Positions 9,615-17,429 of a stretch of 32,000 nucleotides of DNA are shown here, in pieces. Position 1 is the stretch's first letter, and every line of letters starts with the position of its first letter. A program made the position numbers and the translations under genes. The notes below the pieces were generated by a model. It saw only the letters and a program-made list of their open reading frames with translations. It was not told where the DNA came from and did not search any database. This DNA is from Bdellovibrionales bacterium (GTDB lineage: Bacteria > Bdellovibrionota > Bdellovibrionia > Bdellovibrionales > UBA1609). The DNA lies in the NCBI GenBank assembly GCA_965247685.1, contig OZ252021.1, positions 1,020,001-1,052,000 on the forward strand, read 5' to 3'.

Positions 9615-11564
9615 TCAAGACAACATAAATCTGGATCTTTTTTCTCTGATTAAGTAGTTTTGAGAAATATCATTTAAAAAGCGACTAGGTCTTTGTTTTT
9701 TTTCCACTCCAAATCTTTTCCGATTTTGAGCATAAGAAAGAAAGAGTTTATTTCTGGCTCGAGTTATTCCGACATAAGCAAGACGTCTTTCTTCTTCAAT
9801 ATCCATATCGTCAATGTTTTGAATCAAAGGGAATAAACCTTCTTCTAAGCCTGTGATAAATACAATATCAAATTCAAGCCCTTTAGATAAATGTAGAGTC
9901 ATCAGCTGAACAGCATTATTGTCGTAGGTTTCTGCAGAAGTTAAAAGAGACATTTGTTCTAAAAAATTTTCCAAATTGGCATCTGATACTTTGTCTTCTT
10001 CAAATTGTTGAATAGCGTTTCCTAATTCGTTGAGGTTTTCTATTCGACTTTGAGCCTCTATATCTTTTTGTGCTTCAAGCGTTTGTAAATAAAGAGTTGC
10101 ATCTAAAAGATTAAAGTAAAGATTAGAGATTGTTATTTCTTTATTTTTATGAAGTTGCCTTAAACTATCCATTGTATTGTGAAATTGAAGGATATTTTGT
10201 GAAATTTTGCTGTTGGGGGAGTTTCGAGCATTGTTCAGTAGACATTCATAGAAGGGAGCTCCCACTTGATGTTGAGTGTGTTGGGCTTTTTCTAATGTCT
10301 GTTTTCCGATGCCTCTTTTGGGTGTGTTAATAATTCTTCGTAAAGAAAGTTCGTCATAAGGGTTCAGAATAAAACGGAAATAATTGATAATATCTTTAAT
10401 CTCCGCTCGATCATAGAATTTCAAGTGTCCAACAATCTGATAAGGAATATTATAACGTCTTAGTTGATCTTCAAAAGCACGAGATTGAGCATTTGTTCTA
10501 TAAAAAATTGCAAAGTCATTATAAGCCATATCTCCACTTTCACAGGCTTTTGAGATGGTTCTTATCACATGTTGAGCCTCGTGTGAGTCATTCCAGTGTG
10601 CTGAGACTTGAATTAAATCTCCAGTGGAGTTTTGAGTAAATAACTGTTTATTAATTCGAGAGTTATTGTGTTTGATGAGAGAAGAAGCTGCGGATACGAT
10701 GGTGTCTGTAGAACGATAGTTTTGTTCAAGTTTAATCACCTTACAACTTGGAAAATCTTTTTCAAAGTTAAGTATGTTGGCAATATCGGCTCCTCTCCAA
10801 CTATATATCGATTGGTCCTCGTCTCCTACTACACAAATGTTTTGATGTTTTTGAGCTAAGATTTTTATCAGAAGATATTGTATTTGATTAGTATCTTGAT
10901 ACTCATCCACTGAGATGAATTTGAATTTATCTTGATAGTGAGAGAGAACTTTTTCATGGTTTAAAAACAGTTGATACGTTTCTAAAAGCAAGCTTTCAAA
11001 ATCAAAAGCTTCAGCTTCTAAAAGCATTTGTTCATATTTTTCGTACAAACGATGAAACTCTTGTGTGAGGCGTAGATGGGGGTGATCACGAGTTTCACGT
11101 GGCAGCACGGCCATTCTTTTACATAGGTTAATTTGTCTTTGGAATTCTTTAGCGGGAGAATACTTTTCGTCTATTTCAAGATCTTTCATAATTTTTTTAA
11201 TTAAACTGAGTTGGTCTTTAGAGTCATAAATCACTACTTGAGAGCGAGGGGCAAGATGAGGGATATTTTCTCTCAATATGCGTGCACAGGCAGAGTGAAA
11301 TGTGCTGATCCATAAGGGTTGGTGAGCAGGAATATGAGATAGTTGTACAGTGACTCTTTCGATCATTTCACGTGCTGCCTTATTGGTAAAGGTGACAGCT
11401 AGAATTTCATCAGGATGAGCTAAATCCGATGAAATAATATGTGCGATTCGACTGGTGAGTACTTGTGTTTTTCCTGATCCTGCTCCGGCAGAAATCAAAA
11501 GAGCTCCATGGGTAGTTTGTAAAGCTTCTTGTTGTTGTGGGTTGAGTGAAAAAGATTGAGTCAT
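9615..11564 (-). CDS. ATP-dependent DNA helicase, UvrD/PcrA/Rep (SF1A) family
   Basis: All SF1 motifs are present: AGAGSGKT (I), TFTNKAAREM (Ia), VDEYQDTN (II), GDEDQSIYSWRGA (III), LEQNYRST (IV), TLHLSKGLEFD (V), RLAYVGITRAR (VI). Confidence 0.9.
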   Translation of the reverse strand: MTQSFSLNPQQQEALQTTHGALLISAGAGSGKTQVLTSRIAHIISSDLAHPDEILAVTFTNKAAREMIERVTVQLSHIPAHQPLWISTFHSACARILRENIPHLAPRSQVVIYDSKDQLSLIKKIMKDLEIDEKYSPAKEFQRQINLCKRMAVLPRETRDHPHLRLTQEFHRLYEKYEQMLLEAEAFDFESLLLETYQLFLNHEKVLSHYQDKFKFISVDEYQDTNQIQYLLIKILAQKHQNICVVGDEDQSIYSWRGADIANILNFEKDFPSCKVIKLEQNYRSTDTIVSAASSLIKHNNSRINKQLFTQNSTGDLIQVSAHWNDSHEAQHVIRTISKACESGDMAYNDFAIFYRTNAQSRAFEDQLRRYNIPYQIVGHLKFYDRAEIKDIINYFRFILNPYDELSLRRIINTPKRGIGKQTLEKAQHTQHQVGAPFYECLLNNARNSPNSKISQNILQFHNTMDSLRQLHKNKEITISNLYFNLLDATLYLQTLEAQKDIEAQSRIENLNELGNAIQQFEEDKVSDANLENFLEQMSLLTSAETYDNNAVQLMTLHLSKGLEFDIVFITGLEEGLFPLIQNIDDMDIEEERRLAYVGITRARNKLFLSYAQNRKRFGVEKKQRPSRFLNDISQNYLIREKRSRFMLS

Positions 11565-12088
11565 TAGTTATTTTTTGGAAAAAGGATCACTTTGGATTTT
11601 ATAAATCGGGCTTGTTGAGGAATTTGATTCAGAAAATTTTGTGCATCTTCTTTATTATCAAAAGGACCAACAATAACATGATGCAAGTTTTTGATGGGAT
11701 AGACTGCAATATTCCAATCATACTGATCTTTTAAATCGATAGCTAAGTTGTTTGCTTGATCAGATTTGCTGTATTCTCCTATAAGAACACCATAATATGT
11801 GATTTCATTTACTTCATTCTGAATAGAGTTTTCTAGACTATTTTGTAGCATTTCTTTATAACGTTTCAAACTGTCTTTTTCATTTTTGGGCGGGTCCATA
11901 GGGTTTGAATCTGGAATTTCTTCTGTTGAAGGTTCATATACCTCCTCAATTTGTAGAGTTTTTGTTGTCTGAGATTTTGTGAAATGGAGAGTAGCAAAAA
12001 CACCTATAGCAGCACCTACAAGAAAAGCACATAAAGCGACGATAGAAAAAAGCCTAGAGAGTTTTATATTTTTTCGTTGTTCTGTCAT
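11564..12088 (-). CDS. Membrane-anchored SPOR-domain (peptidoglycan-binding) protein
   Basis: N-terminal TM helix LFSIVALCAFLVGAAIGVFATL. C-terminal SPOR-like pattern YYGVLIGEYSKSDQANNLAIDLK...HHVIVGPFDNKEDAQNFL. Its TAA overlaps the helicase ATG (TAATG on the minus strand, 11566-11562). Confidence 0.68.
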   Translation of the reverse strand: MTEQRKNIKLSRLFSIVALCAFLVGAAIGVFATLHFTKSQTTKTLQIEEVYEPSTEEIPDSNPMDPPKNEKDSLKRYKEMLQNSLENSIQNEVNEITYYGVLIGEYSKSDQANNLAIDLKDQYDWNIAVYPIKNLHHVIVGPFDNKEDAQNFLNQIPQQARFIKSKVILFPKNN

Positions 12089-12136
12089 AGCTGTCTTTTA
12101 TGTTTTTTCGTTGTTTTGTCATAATTGTCTTTTATG
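12069..12136. repeat. 34-bp direct tandem duplication (31/34 identical) covering the SPOR-gene start codon and its first codons
   Basis: Copy A 12069-12102: ttttttcgttgttctgtcatagctgtcttttatg. Copy B 12103-12136: ttttttcgttgttttgtcataattgtcttttatg. Confidence 0.9.
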
Positions 12137-12325
12137 GTTTTTAGATAGTTATCATTAATGCCCTAACTCAAGCTAAAGTGTCAAATTTAAAACAGTTATT
12201 CTAGTCATATTTTTGACACCATTAGAAATGAAAAGTCGTTATTTAACCCATAATCAGCACACAAGTATATATCAAAGGTCCTGTCTCTCTATTTGCTTTC
12301 TTAAAAGTGTAAAAAGGATTTTTCT

Positions 12326-12808
12326 ATGCAGCCTGCTTTCCAATACAGAAAAGAAGAAAAAGATGTAATCGAAGTTTCCACTCCTCGTCATGATTCTTCA
12401 TTTACTTTCGTGATGTGGGTGATTTTTTTTCTAATATGTTTTCTAGGTTTGTTTATTGGTGGTTATAAGAAGCGGATTGTTTCCACTTCTGACACACGAT
12501 CTTTACAATCCCTTTATTCTTTTAACATTGATTCTTTTATTATTCGCACAAAGGAGTCTGGCAGCTCTGCATTGGCCAAAGTGAGCGTCAAAATTTTTTC
12601 TGAAAATATTCGTATAAAAAGTGAGCTTCTTCAAGATCACGATAAGTATAAAGAGCTTCTTATTTTCTCTCTTTCTCAATCTAGCAAGAGAGATTTATCT
12701 GACGATTTTCGAAGAAGGGATCTCGAAGAAAAAATTAAGAATAATATCAATCAGTTTGTGACCTCAGGCAACGTTTCAGCCATTCAAATAAAATTTCAAT
12801 TTATTTAA
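12326..12808 (+). CDS. FliL-like flagellar basal-body-associated protein (tentative)
   Basis: Single TM helix FTFVMWVIFFLICFLGLFIGG followed by FliL-like architecture: ...FIIRT...ALAKVSVKIF...KELLIFSLSQ...LEEKIKNNINQF...VSAIQIKFQFI. Lies immediately upstream of fliA. AAGGA RBS. Confidence 0.5.
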   Translation: MQPAFQYRKEEKDVIEVSTPRHDSSFTFVMWVIFFLICFLGLFIGGYKKRIVSTSDTRSLQSLYSFNIDSFIIRTKESGSSALAKVSVKIFSENIRIKSELLQDHDKYKELLIFSLSQSSKRDLSDDFRRRDLEEKIKNNINQFVTSGNVSAIQIKFQFI

Positions 12809-12821
12809 AGGAGTGTAAAGA

Positions 12822-13586
12822 ATGGGTGCGAAAAAGGTAAAAAGGAATAAAATATCTATCAAAGAAAAAAATCAGATTGTAGTTGAATATATTCCTTTAA
12901 TTCGTTTTATCGCAAAAAAAATATCTATTCGTTTACCTGCTAACATTGAACTTGAAGATTTGATTTCTAGTGGCGTTATTGGTTTGATGGATGCTGTAGA
13001 TAAATATGATTCTAATCGAGATAATAAATTTAAAACTTACGCAGAGTTTCGTATTCGAGGGGCTATTTTAGATGAACTTCGATCGCAAGATTGGGTTCCT
13101 CGCTCTATTAGAGATAAAGCTAAGTTATTGGAAAAAGCGAATTTAGAATTAGAGTCAGAGCTTGGCCGTTTACCCAAAGAAGAAGAGGTGGCTCAAAAAT
13201 TAAATTTAAGTATGGAGAGTTATTTTGTCCTTGCGAATCAAGTGCGTACAGTCAACTTGGTATCCATTGATGAAACTCAAAAATTTAGTGTAACAGATAA
13301 GAAACAGCTCTTTGAGGTTCTTCAAAAAGGCAGTACTCCTTTTAAAAATATTTCTATTAAATCTTTAAAAAGAATTGTGCATAAATCTATTGAAGAACTG
13401 CCAGAAAGACAGAGAATTTTACTCTCTTTGTATTACTACGAAGGATTTAACTTAAAGAAAATCGGTTCCATACTCAATGTTACAGAGAGTCGAGTTTCTC
13501 AGCTTCATGCTCAAGCTGTTGCGAAATTGAAAGTAAAGTTAAATAACTTCATGAAAAATAGTGACAACGAGTTACTTTCGGCTTAA
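12822..13586 (+). CDS. fliA: RNA polymerase sigma factor FliA/WhiG (sigma-28)
   Basis: Region 2 LISSGVIGLMDAVDKYD...FKTYAEFRIRGAILDELRSQDWVPRS. Region 4.2 LKKIGSILNVTESRVSQLHAQAVAKLK. AAGGAG RBS 8 nt upstream. Confidence 0.88.
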   Translation: MGAKKVKRNKISIKEKNQIVVEYIPLIRFIAKKISIRLPANIELEDLISSGVIGLMDAVDKYDSNRDNKFKTYAEFRIRGAILDELRSQDWVPRSIRDKAKLLEKANLELESELGRLPKEEEVAQKLNLSMESYFVLANQVRTVNLVSIDETQKFSVTDKKQLFEVLQKGSTPFKNISIKSLKRIVHKSIEELPERQRILLSLYYYEGFNLKKIGSILNVTESRVSQLHAQAVAKLKVKLNNFMKNSDNELLSA

Positions 13587-14450
13587 TAAATTTTGGTCGC
13601 TCACTTGTGTTTTTATCTTTTGAAGAAGTCGAGCTTCTATTTGTCGTATAGATTCTCGAGTGACGCTGAACTGATTGCCAATTTCTTGAAGCGTCAGAGG
13701 ATTTTCAGATAAAATTCGATGATCGAGTATGTAGTTTTCTTTTGTATTGAGAGAAGGGCGAAGCTGGTTCACACTTTTCTTGAGTAATTGAATTTCTTGT
13801 TTTTGCTCTATATCTTCTTCTAAATGGGAGCCTTCGACATCAATCACAGTGTTATTCCCTTTATCTTCGAGTGCGTCTATTTGAACATCTCTATGAGAAA
13901 GACGTTTTTTCATTGTGTCGATTTCTTTTTGGGAGACACCCAGTTGACGAGATAAAAGCTTGGTGTGTATTGCCGAGTCTAGTTGAGGAATTTCTTCTTT
14001 TCTCAACTTATAGAACAGCTTTTTTTGTTCGGATGTTGTGCCTATACGAACTATAGAGTGGTGTTTCATTAGATACTCTTGTATTGCTCCGCGAATCCAC
14101 CATACGGCATAAGTGATGAGACGGACTCCTTTGTAAGGGTTGAATTTGTTGATAGCTTTTAAAAGTCCCATATTTCCTTCTTGAATGAGATCAATCAAAA
14201 GAGAACCAAAACGAGAGTATTCGGTGGCCACTTGTACGACAAACCGCAGATTACTTTGCACTAAAATTCTTAAAGCTTCGCGATCTTTTGTTTTGTAATA
14301 AAGTTCAGACCATTTTTCCTCTTCTTTCTTTGTGAGCAGTGGATATTTAGAGATTTCATACATATATTGCTGAACAAGGTTTTTTCGCTCAACACTGAGG
14401 CTTGGAATCAGAGAGGACTTATTATTGCTTTGATTTTTGCTTTTTTTCAT
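13572..14450 (-). CDS. rpoH: RNA polymerase sigma-32 (heat-shock sigma factor RpoH)
   Basis: LVQSNLRFVVQVATEYSRFG..LIDLIQEGNMGLLKAINKFNP..GVRLITYAVWWIRGAIQEY, plus an RpoH-box-like TTSEQKKLFYKLRKE. The start is taken at ATG 14450 (MKKSKNQ...), giving 292 aa. The tracked ORF extends to a TTG at 14549, which would overlap the divergent gene. Confidence 0.85.
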   Translation of the reverse strand: MKKSKNQSNNKSSLIPSLSVERKNLVQQYMYEISKYPLLTKKEEEKWSELYYKTKDREALRILVQSNLRFVVQVATEYSRFGSLLIDLIQEGNMGLLKAINKFNPYKGVRLITYAVWWIRGAIQEYLMKHHSIVRIGTTSEQKKLFYKLRKEEIPQLDSAIHTKLLSRQLGVSQKEIDTMKKRLSHRDVQIDALEDKGNNTVIDVEGSHLEEDIEQKQEIQLLKKSVNQLRPSLNTKENYILDHRILSENPLTLQEIGNQFSVTRESIRQIEARLLQKIKTQVSDQNLLSRK

Positions 14451-14532
14451 AGTCGAGGAAACTCCAGACAAACATCTAGTTTTTCTTATTTTCTTAACAT
14501 ACTTATCTAATTTTGACGAACAGTTTTTTAGT

Positions 14533-15312
14533 ATGAAAGTTTCTACCAAAATATTTTTTGAGTCTTTAAAAAGAGCTCCTCAATATTGGTGGCAGTTTGT
14601 CAGACAATATTATGTTGTTTTGTCCATTATTTATTCGAGCCTTGTTGGTTTATCTCTTTTAACTCAGTATCTTTCTAATCACTCGGATTATAAATCGGCT
14701 TTGACACTCCTTTTGTCATTGTGTGTTTATTTATTTTCTTTGATTCTTGTGGGGATCAGTGCTTTGTTTGTTGTGCCTTATTTTTTCCAAAAGCTTCTCA
14801 ATAAAAAGAACGAGTCTTATGTATATATTCCTGAAACTTTTAACCAATTTAGGCGCCTGCACTTTCGTTCATGGATTAAAGAGATGAGCAAAGTAATGAG
14901 TATCTCTTATTTGTGGGGATTACTTTTTATAGCTCCTGGAATTTTTAAGTTTTTCAGATGTACTTTTGTGAGCTACATTGCTTTATTTAATCGTCCTTTT
15001 CAACGTCGAGAAATATCAGCTCTTAAACATTCTAAAAAATTGACTGAGGGTTTTATGTTTTGTTTTTTAACCATGATAGCTGTTTATATTATGGGGACTT
15101 ACCCTTTAAATACTTTATTACATAGCTTAAAAAGTGAAGGGATGAATGTAGCAGCAGCAGGGGCTATTTTTACGGATTACTTTCTTTCACTTTCTTCCTG
15201 CGTATTTTTCTCTATAGTTTATCATTTAATTTATTTAAAAATCGATTATGATAATACAGTGGTTGCTGAGTCTTATGATGATTTTGAGCAGCCTGTTTCA
15301 ATATCTTTATAG
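14533..15312 (+). CDS. Multi-pass integral membrane protein, function unknown
   Basis: Several long hydrophobic segments (VVLSIIYSSLVGLSLL, LLLSLCVYLFSLILVGISALFVV, ISYLWGLLFIAPGIF, FMFCFLTMIAVYIMG, FLSLSSCVFFSIVYHLI). Start is taken at ATG 14533 (MKVSTK...). The tracked start at 14437 would overlap rpoH. Confidence 0.6.
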   Translation: MKVSTKIFFESLKRAPQYWWQFVRQYYVVLSIIYSSLVGLSLLTQYLSNHSDYKSALTLLLSLCVYLFSLILVGISALFVVPYFFQKLLNKKNESYVYIPETFNQFRRLHFRSWIKEMSKVMSISYLWGLLFIAPGIFKFFRCTFVSYIALFNRPFQRREISALKHSKKLTEGFMFCFLTMIAVYIMGTYPLNTLLHSLKSEGMNVAAAGAIFTDYFLSLSSCVFFSIVYHLIYLKIDYDNTVVAESYDDFEQPVSISL

Positions 15313-15317
15313 CTCTG

Positions 15318-15340
15318 ATTTCATTCCAAATGAGATTTTT
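15318..15340 (+). terminator. Weak candidate intrinsic terminator after the membrane-protein gene
   Basis: Arm atttcatt (15318-15325), loop cca, arm aatgagat (15329-15336) with one G-U pair, followed by tttt. The stem is very AT-rich, so stability is doubtful. Confidence 0.25.
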
Positions 15341-15642
15341 ATGATAAAATAAGACAAAACTTTTTCGTATAGTTAAAGAATTTCAAGTTTGGGAGAATCT
15401 TGAAATTTGTTGAGGAGTTAATCCCATCTATATTTTCTCTTATTTGATAATATGGACTCAATTATATAGATAGCTTGCCTGACTAAAAGAAATCATTGTA
15501 AAGCATCAAAGCTCCAATTATGAATTAAAAAACTTTTTCAGTTTTTTAATTTTTTCACCCTGACATTGGATTGCAATGATTAAGATAGAAAGATATTGAA
15601 TTTTAAGGTCGAAGTTGGTTATATGGAGTTTTGTGTGAAGTA

Positions 15643-16512
15643 ATGGAAAAATCAAATTGTGGAAAGTGGATCTTGTCTGGAGAGCACTCTGTTTTAAGGG
15701 GTGGATCTGTGGTATTATTTCCAATGTATCGTATGCAGTTGAAAGTGAAATACACGTACAAGGAAGATTTTCATTGTTATTTTGGGAATAGTTTTTCTCC
15801 TTCACAAACTGATTTTTTCAAGCAGGCTATCCAACAAGCTTTCTCCCAATCTGGTCGAAAGGAAAGAGGAGTGTTTGAGCTTCATTCGGATATTCCATTA
15901 GGTTCTGGATTAGGAAGTTCAGCAGCTTTTTGTCTTTCTATATCTCAGATTTTTTTTGAACAATCTTGGGTTTCAGATGTTTTAAACTTTGCCATAGAGT
16001 TAGAACACTTTTTCCATGGAAAAAGCTCTGGTGCGGATGTGCTTGTGAGTTACCATCAAAGTCCTCTTATTTTTAAAGAGAGAGATGCTGTGGAAAAATT
16101 AAATATTCTATGGAAACCTTATATTTATTTATATAACACAGGGCGATCTTCTCTTACAAAAAAATGTGTCCATCAGGTGAATTCTTTTATTGAGAAATTT
16201 CCGAAGGAAGCTCATCTTTTAGATCATCAAATGAGTGAATCGGTGCATCTGGCTGTTCAATCTTTAACTGTCGAAACAAATCGTCGTTTAGAGTGTTTAG
16301 TGCAGTCTATCAATAAAGCTTATGGTTGTTTTGAAAAATGGGGATTGTTAAAGAATTTAGATTCTAAGATTAAAGAATTAAAAACTCAAGGAGCTTTAGC
16401 TGTGAAGCCAACGGGAGCTGGAGGGGGAGGTTTCTTGTTGAGTTTGTGGGAAAGGCCGCTCAGCGAGGGGCTGATTCAGCAAAATCATCTCATTCCAGTG
16501 GAATACTCTTAA
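15643..16512 (+). CDS. mvk: Mevalonate kinase (GHMP kinase family)
   Basis: N-terminal GKWILSGEHSVLRGGSVV, GHMP motif PLGSGLGSSAAF and C-terminal KPTGAGGGGF. ATG at 15643 is chosen. The tracked TTG at 15631 is an alternative. Confidence 0.8.
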   Translation: MEKSNCGKWILSGEHSVLRGGSVVLFPMYRMQLKVKYTYKEDFHCYFGNSFSPSQTDFFKQAIQQAFSQSGRKERGVFELHSDIPLGSGLGSSAAFCLSISQIFFEQSWVSDVLNFAIELEHFFHGKSSGADVLVSYHQSPLIFKERDAVEKLNILWKPYIYLYNTGRSSLTKKCVHQVNSFIEKFPKEAHLLDHQMSESVHLAVQSLTVETNRRLECLVQSINKAYGCFEKWGLLKNLDSKIKELKTQGALAVKPTGAGGGGFLLSLWERPLSEGLIQQNHLIPVEYS

Positions 16513-17429
16513 TCCTGAACACGGATCCAATAGGGTGTGATGAACCAGTTTTTCTCAAGCATAAAGAGATTAACATTTTTCTTACTGGATTGAATGTGTT
16601 TCAAAAGTTCTTCGATATGTCTATGCGTATAGTTGGATATTTGTTGTTGTTTCATATAAGAAGCGAGCCATTGCTTCTGTTCATTTGAAGAATATTTTAT
16701 AAATTCTTTTCTTGGGATGCCTTTAGAATTTAAATCAGTATATTTTTTTGGAAGAGTTTGAGTCAACCTTTCTAAAGATTGAGACAAGTTTTGGATAGAT
16801 CCAGCTCTCTTTTTTTCAATTTTTGGAAGCCAATGCTTTCTGATCCAATTTCTAATGGTTGTTGTATCTTGATTCGAAGGATCTTCCATCCATTCTAATT
16901 TTCTAAGTCGAGCATATTTGAGTATATCTTTTTTCGTGATGTGAATAAGAGGGCGAAGTTGATTTTGTATTAGAAATTCCATAGAGGAAAGCCCCTCTGT
17001 TCCTGTTCCTCGAATGAGTCGAATCAGCCTCGTTTCTAAAAGATCATCGGCAGTATGGGCTAGCACCAGATAATTGTAACTTTTCATCCATTGACGAAGG
17101 TGTCGATATCTCAACTCTCTTAACTTAGTTTCAGATGAGTACGATTTTTTTTTTGGTTCATTGGTCAGAAATGGAATTTGCATTCCTTCGCATAGAGAAT
17201 GAACAAAAATTTGAGTTTTATTTCTATAGTTTTGTCGATTCAGACCATGATGAATATGAGCGACAGTCAGTTGAAGTTTTAAAATTTTTGAAGTTTCATG
17301 AAGAAGATCTAACAGTGTGATGGAATCGACACCTCCAGAAACAGCAATGAGTAATTTTTTATGAATTATCTTATGTTTTTTTAATTGCTTAAGTGTTTGA
17401 TGAAAAAGAGAAAGATGAGAAGCTTTCAT
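16509..17429 (-). CDS. tilS: tRNA(Ile)-lysidine synthase
   Basis: PP-loop LLIAVSGGVDSITLLDLL, then HIHHGL..., AHTADDLLET and GL motifs. The start overlaps the lnt stop (ATGA). Confidence 0.85.
   Translation of the reverse strand: MKASHLSLFHQTLKQLKKHKIIHKKLLIAVSGGVDSITLLDLLHETSKILKLQLTVAHIHHGLNRQNYRNKTQIFVHSLCEGMQIPFLTNEPKKKSYSSETKLRELRYRHLRQWMKSYNYLVLAHTADDLLETRLIRLIRGTGTEGLSSMEFLIQNQLRPLIHITKKDILKYARLRKLEWMEDPSNQDTTTIRNWIRKHWLPKIEKKRAGSIQNLSQSLERLTQTLPKKYTDLNSKGIPRKEFIKYSSNEQKQWLASYMKQQQISNYTHRHIEELLKHIQSSKKNVNLFMLEKNWFITPYWIRVQD

Noticed and set aside
12137-12325. Search for a sigma-28 promoter (TAAA-N15-GCCGATAA) upstream of the FliL-like/fliA genes
   Set aside because: The only partial resemblance is gtcgttat, with poor upstream spacing. 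That is not convincing enough to report.
14437-14549. Extended starts that would make rpoH (TTG 14549) and the membrane protein (14437) overlap head to head by about 110 nt
   Set aside because: Internal ATGs at 14450 and 14533 give a normal-length RpoH and a clean 82-nt divergent intergenic region. The extended N-termini look like non-coding translation.
15518-15805. 95-aa minus-strand ORF spanning the mvk start region
   Set aside because: It overlaps the well-supported mvk N-terminus (GKWILSGEHSVL), has no RBS and has no recognisable features.
17145-17154. Homopolymer tracts inside coding regions as possible phase-variation switches: T10 in tilS, A9 at 26384-26392 in the GHMP kinase, A9 at 20875-20883 in polA
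   Set aside because: Such runs are frequent throughout this AT-rich window. They encode Lys or Phe stretches in essential genes that are intact here. There is no evidence of frameshifted alleles.
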